Shown here piece after piece: positions 18,231 through 27,380 of a DNA stretch of 48,688 nucleotides. The position numbers were made by a program, and so were the translations under genes. Numbering within the stretch: the stretch's first letter is position 1; each line of letters starts with the position of its first letter. The notes under the pieces are model-generated. The model had not been told where the DNA came from, did not search any database, and saw nothing but the letters and a program-made list of their open reading frames with translations. Source of the stretch: an uncultured Chryseobacterium sp. (GTDB lineage: Bacteria; Bacteroidota; Bacteroidia; Flavobacteriales_F; PHOS-HE28); NCBI GenBank assembly GCA_964592515.1, contig CAZQFG010000002.1, forward strand, positions 1-48,688, in the 5' to 3' direction.

Positions 18231-19192
18231 GCACCAACAGCACGCAACACCACACGCCGATGCAACGGACGGCCAAACGATGGATGGGCGCGGCGTTCGC
18301 CCTTTGCCTGGGCACCACGCTCATGGCCCAGCAGGACCCACAGTTCACCCAGTACATGTTCAACATGCTGGCGCTGAACCCGGCCTATGCGGGAAGTTCC
18401 GAACGGGTAAGCCTGAAGGGCCTGAGTCGCCACCAGTGGGTTGGCTTCGAGGGAGCGCCTACCACGCAGACGCTGACCATTCACAGTCCTGTATGGCATG
18501 AAAGCCTTGCTTTGGGGGGAAGCCTGTTCCGGGACAGTCACGGTCCCATCACCCAGTATTCCTTCATGGCCGATGTGGCTTATCGCATCTTCATGGGCGA
18601 TGCAAAGTTGTCCTTCGGCCTAAAGGGTGGTCTCAACCTGTTGCAGGGTAATTACCAGAGCCTGAATCCGCAACAGGCCGGTGATCAGGTGTTCCAGCAG
18701 AGCGTCAACTCGAAGCTCGATCCGCAGTTCGGTTTCGGTGTGATGTACTATAGTGACCGCTACTATATCGGCATCAGCACACCGAAGATGCTGCGCACGC
18801 AGTTCTTCGAGACGGATTCACTCTCGTTCATTTCCGAACCGGGCCAACGCGCTCACTTCTTCCTGAGCGGTGGTTATGTGTTCGATATGGGCACCTACCA
18901 CAAGTTCAAGCCGACCTTCCTGGTGAAGGCGGTGGAGGGCTCACCGCTGAGCTTCGACCTGAGCGCCAACTTCCTCTTCTATGAGAAGTTCTGGTTGGGT
19001 GCCATGTACCGCTATGATGATGCCGTGGGCGTTCTGGCCCAGTACCTCATCACCAACGACCTGTCGATCGGCTACGCCTATGACTACCCGTTGTCGATCC
19101 TGAACAATTATAGTGGAGGATCGCACGAGATCATGGTCGGCTTTGAGTTCGGCAACAAAGTGAAAGGCGTTCGTTCACCGCGCTACTTCTGA
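18227..19192 (+). CDS. PorP/SprF-family type IX secretion system membrane protein
   Basis: 321 aa. After the signal peptide comes the hallmark QQDPQFTQYMFNMLALNPAYAGS motif, and the body is beta-barrel-like, ending ...SPRYF. The start overlaps the adhesin stop (cgATGA). Confidence 0.92.
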   Translation: MSTNSTQHHTPMQRTAKRWMGAAFALCLGTTLMAQQDPQFTQYMFNMLALNPAYAGSSERVSLKGLSRHQWVGFEGAPTTQTLTIHSPVWHESLALGGSLFRDSHGPITQYSFMADVAYRIFMGDAKLSFGLKGGLNLLQGNYQSLNPQQAGDQVFQQSVNSKLDPQFGFGVMYYSDRYYIGISTPKMLRTQFFETDSLSFISEPGQRAHFFLSGGYVFDMGTYHKFKPTFLVKAVEGSPLSFDLSANFLFYEKFWLGAMYRYDDAVGVLAQYLITNDLSIGYAYDYPLSILNNYSGGSHEIMVGFEFGNKVKGVRSPRYF

Positions 19193-19195
19193 TCC

Positions 19196-21391
19196 ATGAT
19201 GCACGCCAAGATGAACCCGATGCAACGCGTTCCAGCAACGCTGTTGCTCGTTGTGGCCCTGATGGGTACCATGTCCGCACAGGCCCAGAACCTCAAGTCC
19301 CGCATGGCCGATCGCTATAGCGAGGTGTTTGATTACGAGAAGGTGGCCTCCATCTATGAGGATATCAGTGCCAAGGGCAAGGCCACGCCACAGGACCTTC
19401 GCCGATTGGCCCTTGCCTATCGCAAGTTGGACCGCTCCAAGGAGGCAGAGGAAACATATACCAAGCTGATGGCCACGGGTGCCCAAACACCCGATGATAT
19501 GTTGGTCTATGCTGACCTTCTCCGTGCCAACGGGAACTATCCGGCAGCGTTGGAGTGGTATGGTAATTACCTCACGCAACGCCCGGAGGATGTGCGTGCC
19601 AAAGCATATGTGAGCAATCCGGGCCTGTTCGACCGCCTGATGCGCGATAGTGCGAGTGCTTCCGTAAGGACCTTGCCCATCAACTCGTCCATGGCCGACT
19701 TGGGAATGTCCGTTATGAATGACCTGTTGTTGTTCTCCAGTGCCCGTGGTGAGGGCGTGGGAGGCACACGTAGCTATGCCTGGGACCACGAACCGTACCT
19801 GAACCTTTACAGTGCATTGCTCAAGGGTGAGACCGCCGAGGAGCCCATGGTAATGCGCAAGGAGTTGAACAGCCGGTACCATGATGGTACGGTGGCCTAT
19901 GACTCGCTGGCCAAGCGCCTGTACTTCACGCGCAACAACGATTACTACGGCGTGCTGTCCAAGAATGACCGTGGCGAACTGACCATGGGCATCTACTTCG
20001 CGGACGTTGTCACGGGTGAGTTCGGACAACCGGAGTGGGGCAACCTGGTGCCATTCGATCACAACGATGCGCAGTACAACATCGGCCATCCTTATGTGAC
20101 CCATGATGGGCGTCGTCTCTATTTCGTGAGCGATCGACCAGGTGGGGAAGGAGGCACCGATATCTGGTTCTGCGATAACCTGGGCAACCAATGGGGAGCA
20201 CCACAGAATCTCGGACCCAAGGTGAACTCACCCGGTAACGAGATGTACCCGTACGTGGGGCGCGATAGCACATTGTACTTTGCCAGTAACGGTCATATCG
20301 GTCTTGGTGGTTACGACATTTTCCGGTCAAGGCTTACCGTCGCCGGACCAGGCACAGTGTTCAATCTGGGCTATCCCATGAACACCCGCTACAACGACCA
20401 TGGATTGGTGCTCATCAACGATACCACAGGCTTCTTTGCGAGCGATCGACCGGGTGGTAAGGGCAGCGATGATGTGTATGGTTGCACAGTGCGCCCCCAG
20501 ATGATCTATCTGGCCGGTGTGGTCATCGATAAGGCCACACGTCAGCCCATCGAGAACGCCAACATCGTACTGAAGAACGGCCAAGGCGGTTTCGTGGACC
20601 GCTACAAGTTGGAGACCGAGCCGGGCGGACGATTCCGCATGGAGGCCGAGTATCACCAGCGTTACCTGCTCTCAGCGGTGGCCAATGGTTATTATCAACG
20701 TGAAATGACGGTAGTGACCGATGTGGATCCGCTGGAGAACATCGTGGTCGAACTGGAGAAGTACGACTATCTGGCCGAAGGCATCGTGTATCACGGCGAG
20801 ACCAATGAGCCCTTGGCAGATGCTTCGGTGGTATTGACGGACGGCAATGGTGTTGAGCTTACGCGCATCACCACGGATGCCAGCGGTCGCTATCAGTTCC
20901 CTCTGCAGACCGGTCAGGATTATCGCATCATGGCCGACAAGGAAGGCTTCTTCAAGCAGAGCGTGAAGGTGAGCACCAAGGGCAACCCCAATTCGCTTAT
21001 CCGTAACGACTTCAAGCTCTTCCCGCTGAAGGTGAACCAGGTGGTACGCTTGGACAACATTTTCTACGACTATAACAGTTCGGAAATTCGCCCGGATGCG
21101 GCAGCAGAGCTGGATAAACTGATCGCCACGCTGTTGGACAACCCCACCGTGCGTATCGAGCTGAGCTCACACACCGATTGCCGCGGCAAGGATGCTTACA
21201 ACCGTTCGCTCTCGGACAAGCGTGCCAAGAGCGCGGTGGACTACATCGTATCGAAAGGGATCGGTCGCGATCGCATCGTGGGCAAGGGCTATGGCGAAAG
21301 CAAGCCCGTGACACAATGCGTGTGCGAGAAATGCAGCGAGGACGAGCACCAACAGAACCGGCGTACCGAGTTCAAGGTGCTTGGGCTCTGA
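19196..21391 (+). CDS. OmpA-family protein (TPR + PD40/TolB-like beta-propeller + 2x carboxypeptidase-regulatory-like + OmpA_C)
   Basis: 731 aa with a signal peptide. It has repeated SDRPGGxGGxDI(W/Y) PD40 motifs and two CarboxypepD_reg-like beta-sandwiches. The C-terminal peptidoglycan-binding OmpA domain reads NIFYDYNSSEIRPDA...SHTDCRGKDAYNRSLSDKRAKSAVDY...NRRTEFKVL. Confidence 0.9.
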   Translation: MMHAKMNPMQRVPATLLLVVALMGTMSAQAQNLKSRMADRYSEVFDYEKVASIYEDISAKGKATPQDLRRLALAYRKLDRSKEAEETYTKLMATGAQTPDDMLVYADLLRANGNYPAALEWYGNYLTQRPEDVRAKAYVSNPGLFDRLMRDSASASVRTLPINSSMADLGMSVMNDLLLFSSARGEGVGGTRSYAWDHEPYLNLYSALLKGETAEEPMVMRKELNSRYHDGTVAYDSLAKRLYFTRNNDYYGVLSKNDRGELTMGIYFADVVTGEFGQPEWGNLVPFDHNDAQYNIGHPYVTHDGRRLYFVSDRPGGEGGTDIWFCDNLGNQWGAPQNLGPKVNSPGNEMYPYVGRDSTLYFASNGHIGLGGYDIFRSRLTVAGPGTVFNLGYPMNTRYNDHGLVLINDTTGFFASDRPGGKGSDDVYGCTVRPQMIYLAGVVIDKATRQPIENANIVLKNGQGGFVDRYKLETEPGGRFRMEAEYHQRYLLSAVANGYYQREMTVVTDVDPLENIVVELEKYDYLAEGIVYHGETNEPLADASVVLTDGNGVELTRITTDASGRYQFPLQTGQDYRIMADKEGFFKQSVKVSTKGNPNSLIRNDFKLFPLKVNQVVRLDNIFYDYNSSEIRPDAAAELDKLIATLLDNPTVRIELSSHTDCRGKDAYNRSLSDKRAKSAVDYIVSKGIGRDRIVGKGYGESKPVTQCVCEKCSEDEHQQNRRTEFKVLGL

Positions 21392-21419
21392 CGAAGCAGT
21401 TAGGGTAGGGACCAAGGGG

Positions 21420-21458
21420 GACGGACGGGTCGAGGCGCAAGCCTTCGGCCCGTTCGTC
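21420..21458 (+). terminator. Candidate intrinsic terminator after the OmpA-family gene
   Basis: A 16-bp stem (three G-U pairs, so it only works in the plus-strand RNA) around a GC-rich loop, followed by ATTTCA. It overlaps the stop codon of the convergent gene. Confidence 0.4.
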
Positions 21459-22548
21459 ATTTCAGGCCTCCCAGTTCGCGGGCCCGCTCGGCATAGAAAC
21501 CACCACTGGCCGCAATGCGCGAGAAGGCTTCAGTGGCAGCATCCAGTTCGCCCAAGCGCTGCAGTGTGAGCGCGTGGTACCAGGTGGCCTCCTCATGGAA
21601 CACATCAACATTATGTATCGCGGCCTGGTGCAGAAAGAGACGTGCCCGTTTGTAAAGACCGAGGTTGTAGCAGCACAGGCCGGCATAGAACTGCGCGTTC
21701 ACATCATCGGGATACTGGTCCATGAGGAAGCGAAGCTCTTCGAGACAACCCCGATTGTCGTTGCGCGCGAAACGGTCAAGGGCCTCGTCCATGTAACTGG
21801 TGTAGGTCAGGTTCCGGATAGCGTTCCGGTCGGTCTGCTGTTGACCACGATCGCCGTAGCTGGCATCCACGCCGCCGTTGCCCAGTTCCATTACCGGGTC
21901 GCGTGCGTACAGTTCTTTCGGGTGCACCAGCTTCAGGTCGTGCAGATAGAGCAGCTGCACCGATGAGCGAGCGGGTCGCGCAGGGCTAACAGCAGGGGCT
22001 GGTGCCGTTGTGATGACGCGCGTGCCCCGTTCCTCCAATCGGTCCACTGGTGCATCGCGCACCACGGGCGTTTCGCTGAGTTGCTGTTGGTCTTCCGATC
22101 TTCCGATCTGTTGGGTCAAGGGCAGTTCGATGGCCGCGGCGATCTCAGCTTCCTCCAACGGCAGATCGACCAGTTCGTTGGTCGATAGTTCAGCCTGTTG
22201 AGGTGGAACTGTTGAAACGGTCGGCGGAGGGTCGCTCATCTTTATTGCATCCCCTTGGGTGAAGTAGATCACCCCCACTCCGAACAGGATCGCTCCACCC
22301 ACTGCCCATGGCATCCAGCTGACACTTCCGCCGGATGGTCGCGGATGTTCCATCTGGGCAGCGGCCTCGATCGCGCCGGGCATGCGCAGCCCTTCCACGG
22401 CCTCCAGGACAAAGGGGTCTGCCTCCATGGCAAGTTCCACCCAGTGCTGTTCCTCGGGCGAGAGCCTTCCTTCCACATAAGCGATCAGCTGTGCAGCTGT
22501 TGGCGCTTCGTGCGGGGCGAAGGGGTCAATGTTCGTTCTGGTTGGCAT
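21457..22548 (-). CDS. Putative anti-sigma factor / TPR membrane protein
   Basis: 363 aa. It has a cytoplasmic N-terminus (AAQLIAYVEGRLSPEEQHWVELAMEADP), one TM segment (WMPWAVGGAILFGVGVIYF) and a C-terminal TPR-like region. Its start overlaps the end of the sigma gene by 23 nt. Confidence 0.6.
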   Translation of the reverse strand: MPTRTNIDPFAPHEAPTAAQLIAYVEGRLSPEEQHWVELAMEADPFVLEAVEGLRMPGAIEAAAQMEHPRPSGGSVSWMPWAVGGAILFGVGVIYFTQGDAIKMSDPPPTVSTVPPQQAELSTNELVDLPLEEAEIAAAIELPLTQQIGRSEDQQQLSETPVVRDAPVDRLEERGTRVITTAPAPAVSPARPARSSVQLLYLHDLKLVHPKELYARDPVMELGNGGVDASYGDRGQQQTDRNAIRNLTYTSYMDEALDRFARNDNRGCLEELRFLMDQYPDDVNAQFYAGLCCYNLGLYKRARLFLHQAAIHNVDVFHEEATWYHALTLQRLGELDAATEAFSRIAASGGFYAERARELGGLK

Positions 22549-23095
22549 GGTGGAGGAGGATGAGACGCAGGTTGCGCCGTCCGTTCTGTAGGTGGCTGCG
22601 CACTTGTTCCATTGAAAGTCCGGTCAGTTCCGCTGTGCGCTGATAGCTGTACCGCTCAAGGTGGAAGTACCTGATGCAGCTGCGTTGATCTGGGTTGAGC
22701 TGATCGATGGCCGCTTCGAGCTGCACCAATGTGCGTTCGTGCAGCAAGGCATCATCTTCGGTCAGCGCTTGGTCCGCCAATGCCTGCTCGTCCACATGGT
22801 CAGTATGGCGCTCTCCACGAAGCACCAGCAGGCAACGGTTGCGCATGACGGTATGTACCCATGGCCTGAAGCGTTCCACCGCATGTTTGCTGAGCAGTGC
22901 CGGCAGGTCGGTGAACAGCTCGGTCACCAGGTCCTTGCTGCGCTCGGTATCCTTTAAGTATTTCATGCACACCCCGAACAGTAGTTGTGCATAGCGGTCC
23001 CAAAGCTCTCCCAACGCCGACTGGTGGCCACCCCGCAGGATGGTCACCAGTTCTTCGTCCGTTCGCACGGAGGTGGGCTTTCGGCGCAGGAACAT
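22526..23095 (-). CDS. ECF-type sigma-70 family RNA polymerase sigma factor
   Basis: The track start at 23176 is over-extended across the upstream stop region. The ATG at 23095 gives 189 aa with region 2 (ELWDRYAQLLFGVCMKYL ... PWVHTVMRNRC) and region 4 (LNPDQRSCIRYFHLERYSYQRTAELTGLSMEQVRSHLQNGRRNL). Confidence 0.88.
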   Translation of the reverse strand: MFLRRKPTSVRTDEELVTILRGGHQSALGELWDRYAQLLFGVCMKYLKDTERSKDLVTELFTDLPALLSKHAVERFRPWVHTVMRNRCLLVLRGERHTDHVDEQALADQALTEDDALLHERTLVQLEAAIDQLNPDQRSCIRYFHLERYSYQRTAELTGLSMEQVRSHLQNGRRNLRLILLHHANQNEH

Positions 23096-23105
23096 GGTCG
23101 CTGGT

Positions 23106-23834
23106 CTATCGCACGCCGGCTTGTTGCTGCATATACAGGTCGAAGTAGCTCTTGGTCTCAATGGCCACCGCACCACCGGTCACATCGCCATAGCGAGCAG
23201 GAAGACCGCCGGTGTAGATCGTGAAGCTCGCGATGGATGCGGGGGGTACGCCTTTCAGCTGTCCGGTCACCTTCACGCCGTCAACGAAATACGCCATCGC
23301 GTCGGAACGGGATCCACGGAAATAGAGATCGTCGCTGTTGGGGGCCTTGTAGATATCTGGCGAGCTCACTGCGATCAGGGCAACCGGGTTCTTGCGCACC
23401 GGGCTGTCCTCGAACTGCGCGGCCAAGATCGTGATCTTGCTCGGCTCCTCAGGGTCGATCAACGGTTGCTCCCATTTGCGTGCAACCACGACGAACTCCT
23501 TGATCGTCGTGTTCGGTCGCAGTCGTTCATCCTTCAGGAAGGTGATCTTGTCCGGGTTCACTTGTATGCCGGTGATCTCGGCCGTGGCCATGCCCACATA
23601 GGACATACGTACCGTGTATGTTCCGGGCACCAAGGGCTTCAGTACGAAGTGCCCCCGTTCGTCGGTGGTGGTACCGATCAGCGCGTCGCCACGCTCGGTC
23701 ACCACGTTCGCCATGAAGAGCGGTGCTCCGTTCTCATCCAGCACCTTGCCTTGTATCTCGCCTACGTTCTGGGCGCTGGCGTGCAGGGCTCCTGCCAGGA
23801 GCGCCGTGACCAGGGTTATTCGTGCGTGTCGCAT
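23106..23834 (-). CDS. Stand-alone carboxypeptidase-regulatory-like + TonB-receptor Plug domain protein (no beta-barrel)
   Basis: The ATG at 23834 gives the signal peptide MRHARITLVTALLAGALHASAQ. A CarboxypepD_reg fold follows (IQGKVLDENGAPLFMANV...GTYTVRMSYVGM), then a Plug (IYFRGSRSDAMAYFVDGVKV...GGLPARYGDVTGGAVAIETK). The protein stops after 242 aa, and the sigma gene starts 10 nt later. Confidence 0.75.
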   Translation of the reverse strand: MRHARITLVTALLAGALHASAQNVGEIQGKVLDENGAPLFMANVVTERGDALIGTTTDERGHFVLKPLVPGTYTVRMSYVGMATAEITGIQVNPDKITFLKDERLRPNTTIKEFVVVARKWEQPLIDPEEPSKITILAAQFEDSPVRKNPVALIAVSSPDIYKAPNSDDLYFRGSRSDAMAYFVDGVKVTGQLKGVPPASIASFTIYTGGLPARYGDVTGGAVAIETKSYFDLYMQQQAGVR

Positions 23835-23914
23835 GTTCGTGTGTTTGTACAGAAGATGCACGCGCCTGCCGGATCGCATAAGGCCCCGTGTAATTTCCCG
23901 GGACCGACCTTCTT

Positions 23915-24526
23915 CTATAGTTCCTCGGCCACCACTTCTCGCACCCCCGGTACTTCGTGTTTCAGCAGGTTCTCAATGCCTTGTTTCAACGTTACCATGC
24001 TGCTGGGACAACCGCTGCACGAGCCACGCAACGATACCGTCACCACACCTTCCTCGAACGATCGGAAGGCGATATGGCCGCCATCCCCTTCCACCGCGGG
24101 CCGTATGTACTCCTCCAGCACCCGAATGATCTGCTCGTCCTCGGGGTTCTTCGCATCGGCGTGGGTGCTGGCCCGCTCGTTCGCATCGGCCAGTGCCTGT
24201 GCCGGAGCATCCTCGTACACCACCCGGCCATCGGTGTTCAGGAACTCCTGGATGTACTCACGCAGTTCCAATTGAACCAGGTCCCAGGTCACCGAGTTGT
24301 TCCTTGTAACGGAGATGAAGTTGCTACTGATGAAGACACCCGTTACGAAGGGCAGGTTGAACACCTTCTCGGCCAGCGGGGATACCTTCTCGGTCTCCTC
24401 CGGGGTCCGGAACTCGAGCAGTCGGCCATCCTGTATGAGCAGGCGGCTGCTCACGAACCGCATGGTGGCCGGGTTCGGTGTCATTTCGGCATAAACGGAT
24501 ACGGGCGGGCGCTTGGTGGACTGCAT
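23915..24526 (-). CDS. NifU-family Fe-S cluster assembly protein (Nfu_N + NifU C-terminal domain)
   Basis: 203 aa. N-terminal TPNPATMRFV scaffold domain and a C-terminal domain with IRPAVEGDGGHI and the CSGCPSS CxxC motif. Confidence 0.9.
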   Translation of the reverse strand: MQSTKRPPVSVYAEMTPNPATMRFVSSRLLIQDGRLLEFRTPEETEKVSPLAEKVFNLPFVTGVFISSNFISVTRNNSVTWDLVQLELREYIQEFLNTDGRVVYEDAPAQALADANERASTHADAKNPEDEQIIRVLEEYIRPAVEGDGGHIAFRSFEEGVVTVSLRGSCSGCPSSMVTLKQGIENLLKHEVPGVREVVAEEL

Positions 24527-24609
24527 GGTGCAAAGTTAGGCCGCAACGAAGGCCTTGGGTTCCCAATATGGCCGCTGTTGTATGGGGAGGGGCTCCTTGA
24601 CCCTTGGGC

Positions 24610-24617
24610 TACATTTG
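24610..24617 (+). promoter_or_regulatory. Candidate -7 box (TACATTTG) upstream of the small membrane protein
   Basis: Matches TAnnTTTG but ends only 7 nt before the ATG at 24625, implying a near-leaderless mRNA if it is real. Confidence 0.25.
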
Positions 24618-24624
24618 TTCTGTA

Positions 24625-25026
24625 ATGAGGGCATTCTTGCGACCGGGCAGATGGGTGGTGTTCGCCGCGACAGCATTGTTGCTGTTGGCGACAAGCGGCC
24701 TGTCGCTGTCGCGGATGACGTGTTTGAAAGGAGGTTTCAGCGTCTACACGTTGGGTACATCCTTCGCTGAGTGCGGGGTCGATGATGCTCCGGAGACCCC
24801 CGTTTTGCGCGCTGAATGCTGCACCTATGGACAGGTGGTGGTGGATCAACCGCAGCTGCATCATGATCGTGCTGTAGCGCTGTGCGTTCCGGTCCTCCAT
24901 GCCGAGCTTTTTGGGCGATCGCCCTTGTTCGCGCATCCGATGGGAGTACCAAGGGAACTTGGCGATCAACCGCCCCCACTACCATCTTCCGAACGTCGTT
25001 CGCTGATGGGGGTGTACCGTATTTAG
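24625..25026 (+). CDS. Small membrane-anchored protein, HYC_CC_PP-like (tentative)
   Basis: The track start at 24604 is a TTG. The ATG at 24625 gives 133 aa with an N-terminal TM/signal segment (WVVFAATALLLLATSG). A single Cys (SRMTC), a CC pair (RAECCTYG) and a PPP motif near the C-terminus (QPPPLP...VYRI) occur in the order I recall for the HYC_CC_PP family. Confidence 0.45.
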   Translation: MRAFLRPGRWVVFAATALLLLATSGLSLSRMTCLKGGFSVYTLGTSFAECGVDDAPETPVLRAECCTYGQVVVDQPQLHHDRAVALCVPVLHAELFGRSPLFAHPMGVPRELGDQPPPLPSSERRSLMGVYRI

Positions 25027-25103
25027 AGTTCCGTTAAAGGCGCCATGAGCGCAAGAGCACAATGTGCTCACCGTGTACTTCCGTTGTACCCTTTATTGGA
25101 ACA

Positions 25104-27380
25104 ATGAATTCCCGCATAGCCATATTTCTTTTTACTGGTCTGTCCATGCCTGCGCTCTTTGGGCAGACCGCCATTACGGGCCTGGTGCTGGCCGAGGGGA
25201 GCAACGAGGCTCTGCTTGGTGCCAACGTGTACTGGTCCGGCACGACCATCGGTGCTACGGCCGGATATAATGGTGAGTTCTCCATCCAACAGCCGCCAAA
25301 ATGGCCTGCGTTATTGGTCACTTCCTTCGTGGGTTACAAACCCGACACGCTCTCGTTGAAGGAAGTGCCCAAGGGGCCTTTGAAGATCACCCTCCGGTGG
25401 GCAGTGGACATGGGGCCTGTTGAAGTGGTGGAACGCGTAAGCGGCACGCAGCTCAGCACCCGCACGGTGAACGCCACTGAGACCATCGGACAAAAGGAGC
25501 TGAAGCGTGCGGCCTGCTGTGACCTTAGCGAGAGCTTTGAGACCAATGCCACGGTGGATGTGAACTACAGCGATGCGGTGTCGGGCACAAAGACCATCCG
25601 CATGCTCGGGCTGGATGGCAAGTATGCGCAGATCAGCGTGGAGAACATCCCCTTTGTGCGCGGCCTTTCCACCTCTTCGGGCCTCACGTTGATCCCCGGC
25701 ACATGGATCAAGGACATCAACTTGAGCAAGGGCATCGGCACGGCCGTGAACGGACCCAATGCCATGACCGGCCAAATAGACCTGTGCCTGTTGAACCCGC
25801 TGGGGGAGCCGCCCCTGTTCGTGAACCTCTACGGTAATTCGCAGGGCCGCGTGGAGTCCAATGTACACACCACGCAGAAGACCGGTGCACACAGCGCCAA
25901 CCTGCTGTTGCTCCATGGTAATTACATGGTTACCGAGCTTGATCAGAACAACGACGGCTTCATGGATATGCCGATGACCAGGCGCATTAACGTCATGGAC
26001 CGTTGGATGTATGCCGATGAACGTCGGAGCGGGCAGGTCACCTTGCGCGTGGTTGATGATGTGCGTAAGGGAGGTCAGAGCGCGGCACATGGAGCGGTGC
26101 CTGCTGGTCCTGAGCATGCCGGACATCGTCCAAGTATGTTGTACGACATCGATATCCGGAACCGCATGGTCGACGCGCTCGCCAAGCATGGCTTCATTTT
26201 CAAGGATGATCCAGCCAAGAGCATCGGGTTCATAGTGTCCGGGCGACAGCACGAGGTCGGCTCGACCTATGGGGTCCGAACCTATGATGGCCTTCAGCAG
26301 AGCTTTTATGCGAACGCCGTGTATCAACAATTACTGGGCACAGGCACCGATCAGGTGAAGGCTGGTCTGGCCTATCAGTATGATGATTACGAGGAATTCT
26401 TCAGCGATACCATCGGCAGGGTACAGGACCATGGTCGTACGGAACGAATGCCCGGCGCGTTCGCTGAGTATACCCGCATGCGCAACGGCTTCACGCTCGT
26501 TGCCGGGCTCAGGGCCGATGCCAATGATCGCTTCGGCAATGTGGTGAGCCCAAGGGTGCATGCCAAGTTCGATCTCGGCGCGCTCACCAACGTGCGGCTT
26601 TCCGTGGGGCATGGGTTCCGCACCGCGAATCCGTTGGTTGAGAATGCTGCGGTGATGGCCAGCTCGCGGCGCGTGGTCTGGGAAGGTGATCTCGGTATGG
26701 AGCGCTCGTGGAACTTCGGTGCTTCCTTCCTGCACAAGTTCAAGTGGTTGGGTCGCAAGTGGGTGTTCGGCGTGGATGCCTACCACAGCGTGTTCACGGA
26801 CCAGGTGGTGGCCGACCTGGACCGTGCTCCGAACATGCTTGCCTTGTACATGCTGAACGGCAGTTCGTATGCCAACAGCCTACTGACCGATGTTCAGGTA
26901 AAGCTCTCCCGTTCCCTCGACCTGAAACTGAGCCACCGCTTCTACGATGTGCGTACTACCTACTCCGGTCCATCAGGCGGCCGACTTTTGGAACGACCGT
27001 TCACGCCCGTGCACCGTGGCCTTATCGATCTGGCCTATGCCGACATGAAGGAGCTGTGGCGCATCGATCTCAGCCTGAACCTGTTCGGCGAAGCACGCAT
27101 CCCCTCCACCCTAACGAACCCGGAGGAGTACCGTATGATGGAGCGTTCGCCCGCATATGCCACACTCCATATGCAGGTCACGCGTGTGTTGGGCAAATGG
27201 GAATTCTACCTAGGGGGCGAGAACCTCACAAGCTCGTTACAGCAACAACAGATCATTGCGGCCACTGATCCTTTCGGCCCGTACTTTGATGCCTCGCTGA
27301 TCTGGGGACCCACGAACAAAGCCATGCTATATGGGGGGCTCAGGTACACGTTGGAACGATCGAAAACTGAAAAGGACTAA
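25104..27380 (+). CDS. TonB-dependent receptor (with N-terminal carboxypeptidase-regulatory-like domain)
   Basis: The ATG at 25104 gives the signal peptide MNSRIAIFLFTGLSMPALFGQ. A CarboxypepD_reg domain and a Plug (KTIRMLGLDGKYAQISVENIPFVRGL) precede a long barrel ending ...MLYGGLRYTL. Confidence 0.9.
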   Translation: MNSRIAIFLFTGLSMPALFGQTAITGLVLAEGSNEALLGANVYWSGTTIGATAGYNGEFSIQQPPKWPALLVTSFVGYKPDTLSLKEVPKGPLKITLRWAVDMGPVEVVERVSGTQLSTRTVNATETIGQKELKRAACCDLSESFETNATVDVNYSDAVSGTKTIRMLGLDGKYAQISVENIPFVRGLSTSSGLTLIPGTWIKDINLSKGIGTAVNGPNAMTGQIDLCLLNPLGEPPLFVNLYGNSQGRVESNVHTTQKTGAHSANLLLLHGNYMVTELDQNNDGFMDMPMTRRINVMDRWMYADERRSGQVTLRVVDDVRKGGQSAAHGAVPAGPEHAGHRPSMLYDIDIRNRMVDALAKHGFIFKDDPAKSIGFIVSGRQHEVGSTYGVRTYDGLQQSFYANAVYQQLLGTGTDQVKAGLAYQYDDYEEFFSDTIGRVQDHGRTERMPGAFAEYTRMRNGFTLVAGLRADANDRFGNVVSPRVHAKFDLGALTNVRLSVGHGFRTANPLVENAAVMASSRRVVWEGDLGMERSWNFGASFLHKFKWLGRKWVFGVDAYHSVFTDQVVADLDRAPNMLALYMLNGSSYANSLLTDVQVKLSRSLDLKLSHRFYDVRTTYSGPSGGRLLERPFTPVHRGLIDLAYADMKELWRIDLSLNLFGEARIPSTLTNPEEYRMMERSPAYATLHMQVTRVLGKWEFYLGGENLTSSLQQQQIIAATDPFGPYFDASLIWGPTNKAMLYGGLRYTLERSKTEKD

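Noticed and set aside
24531-24538. A TAnnTTTG match on the minus strand (TAACTTTG) just upstream of the NifU-family gene.
   Set aside because: It ends only 4 nt before the ATG at 24526, so a transcript started from it would begin inside or after the start codon. It is probably a chance match unless the gene uses the downstream Met15.
25055-25069. The palindrome GAGCAC-AAT-GTGCTC between the small membrane protein and the TonB receptor, considered as a possible metalloregulator operator or attenuator hairpin.
   Set aside because: It has only 6-bp arms, so the expected chance occurrence is not negligible. I recognise no known operator consensus (Fur, Zur, CsoR-like) in it. It is kept only as a note for the metal-trio finding.
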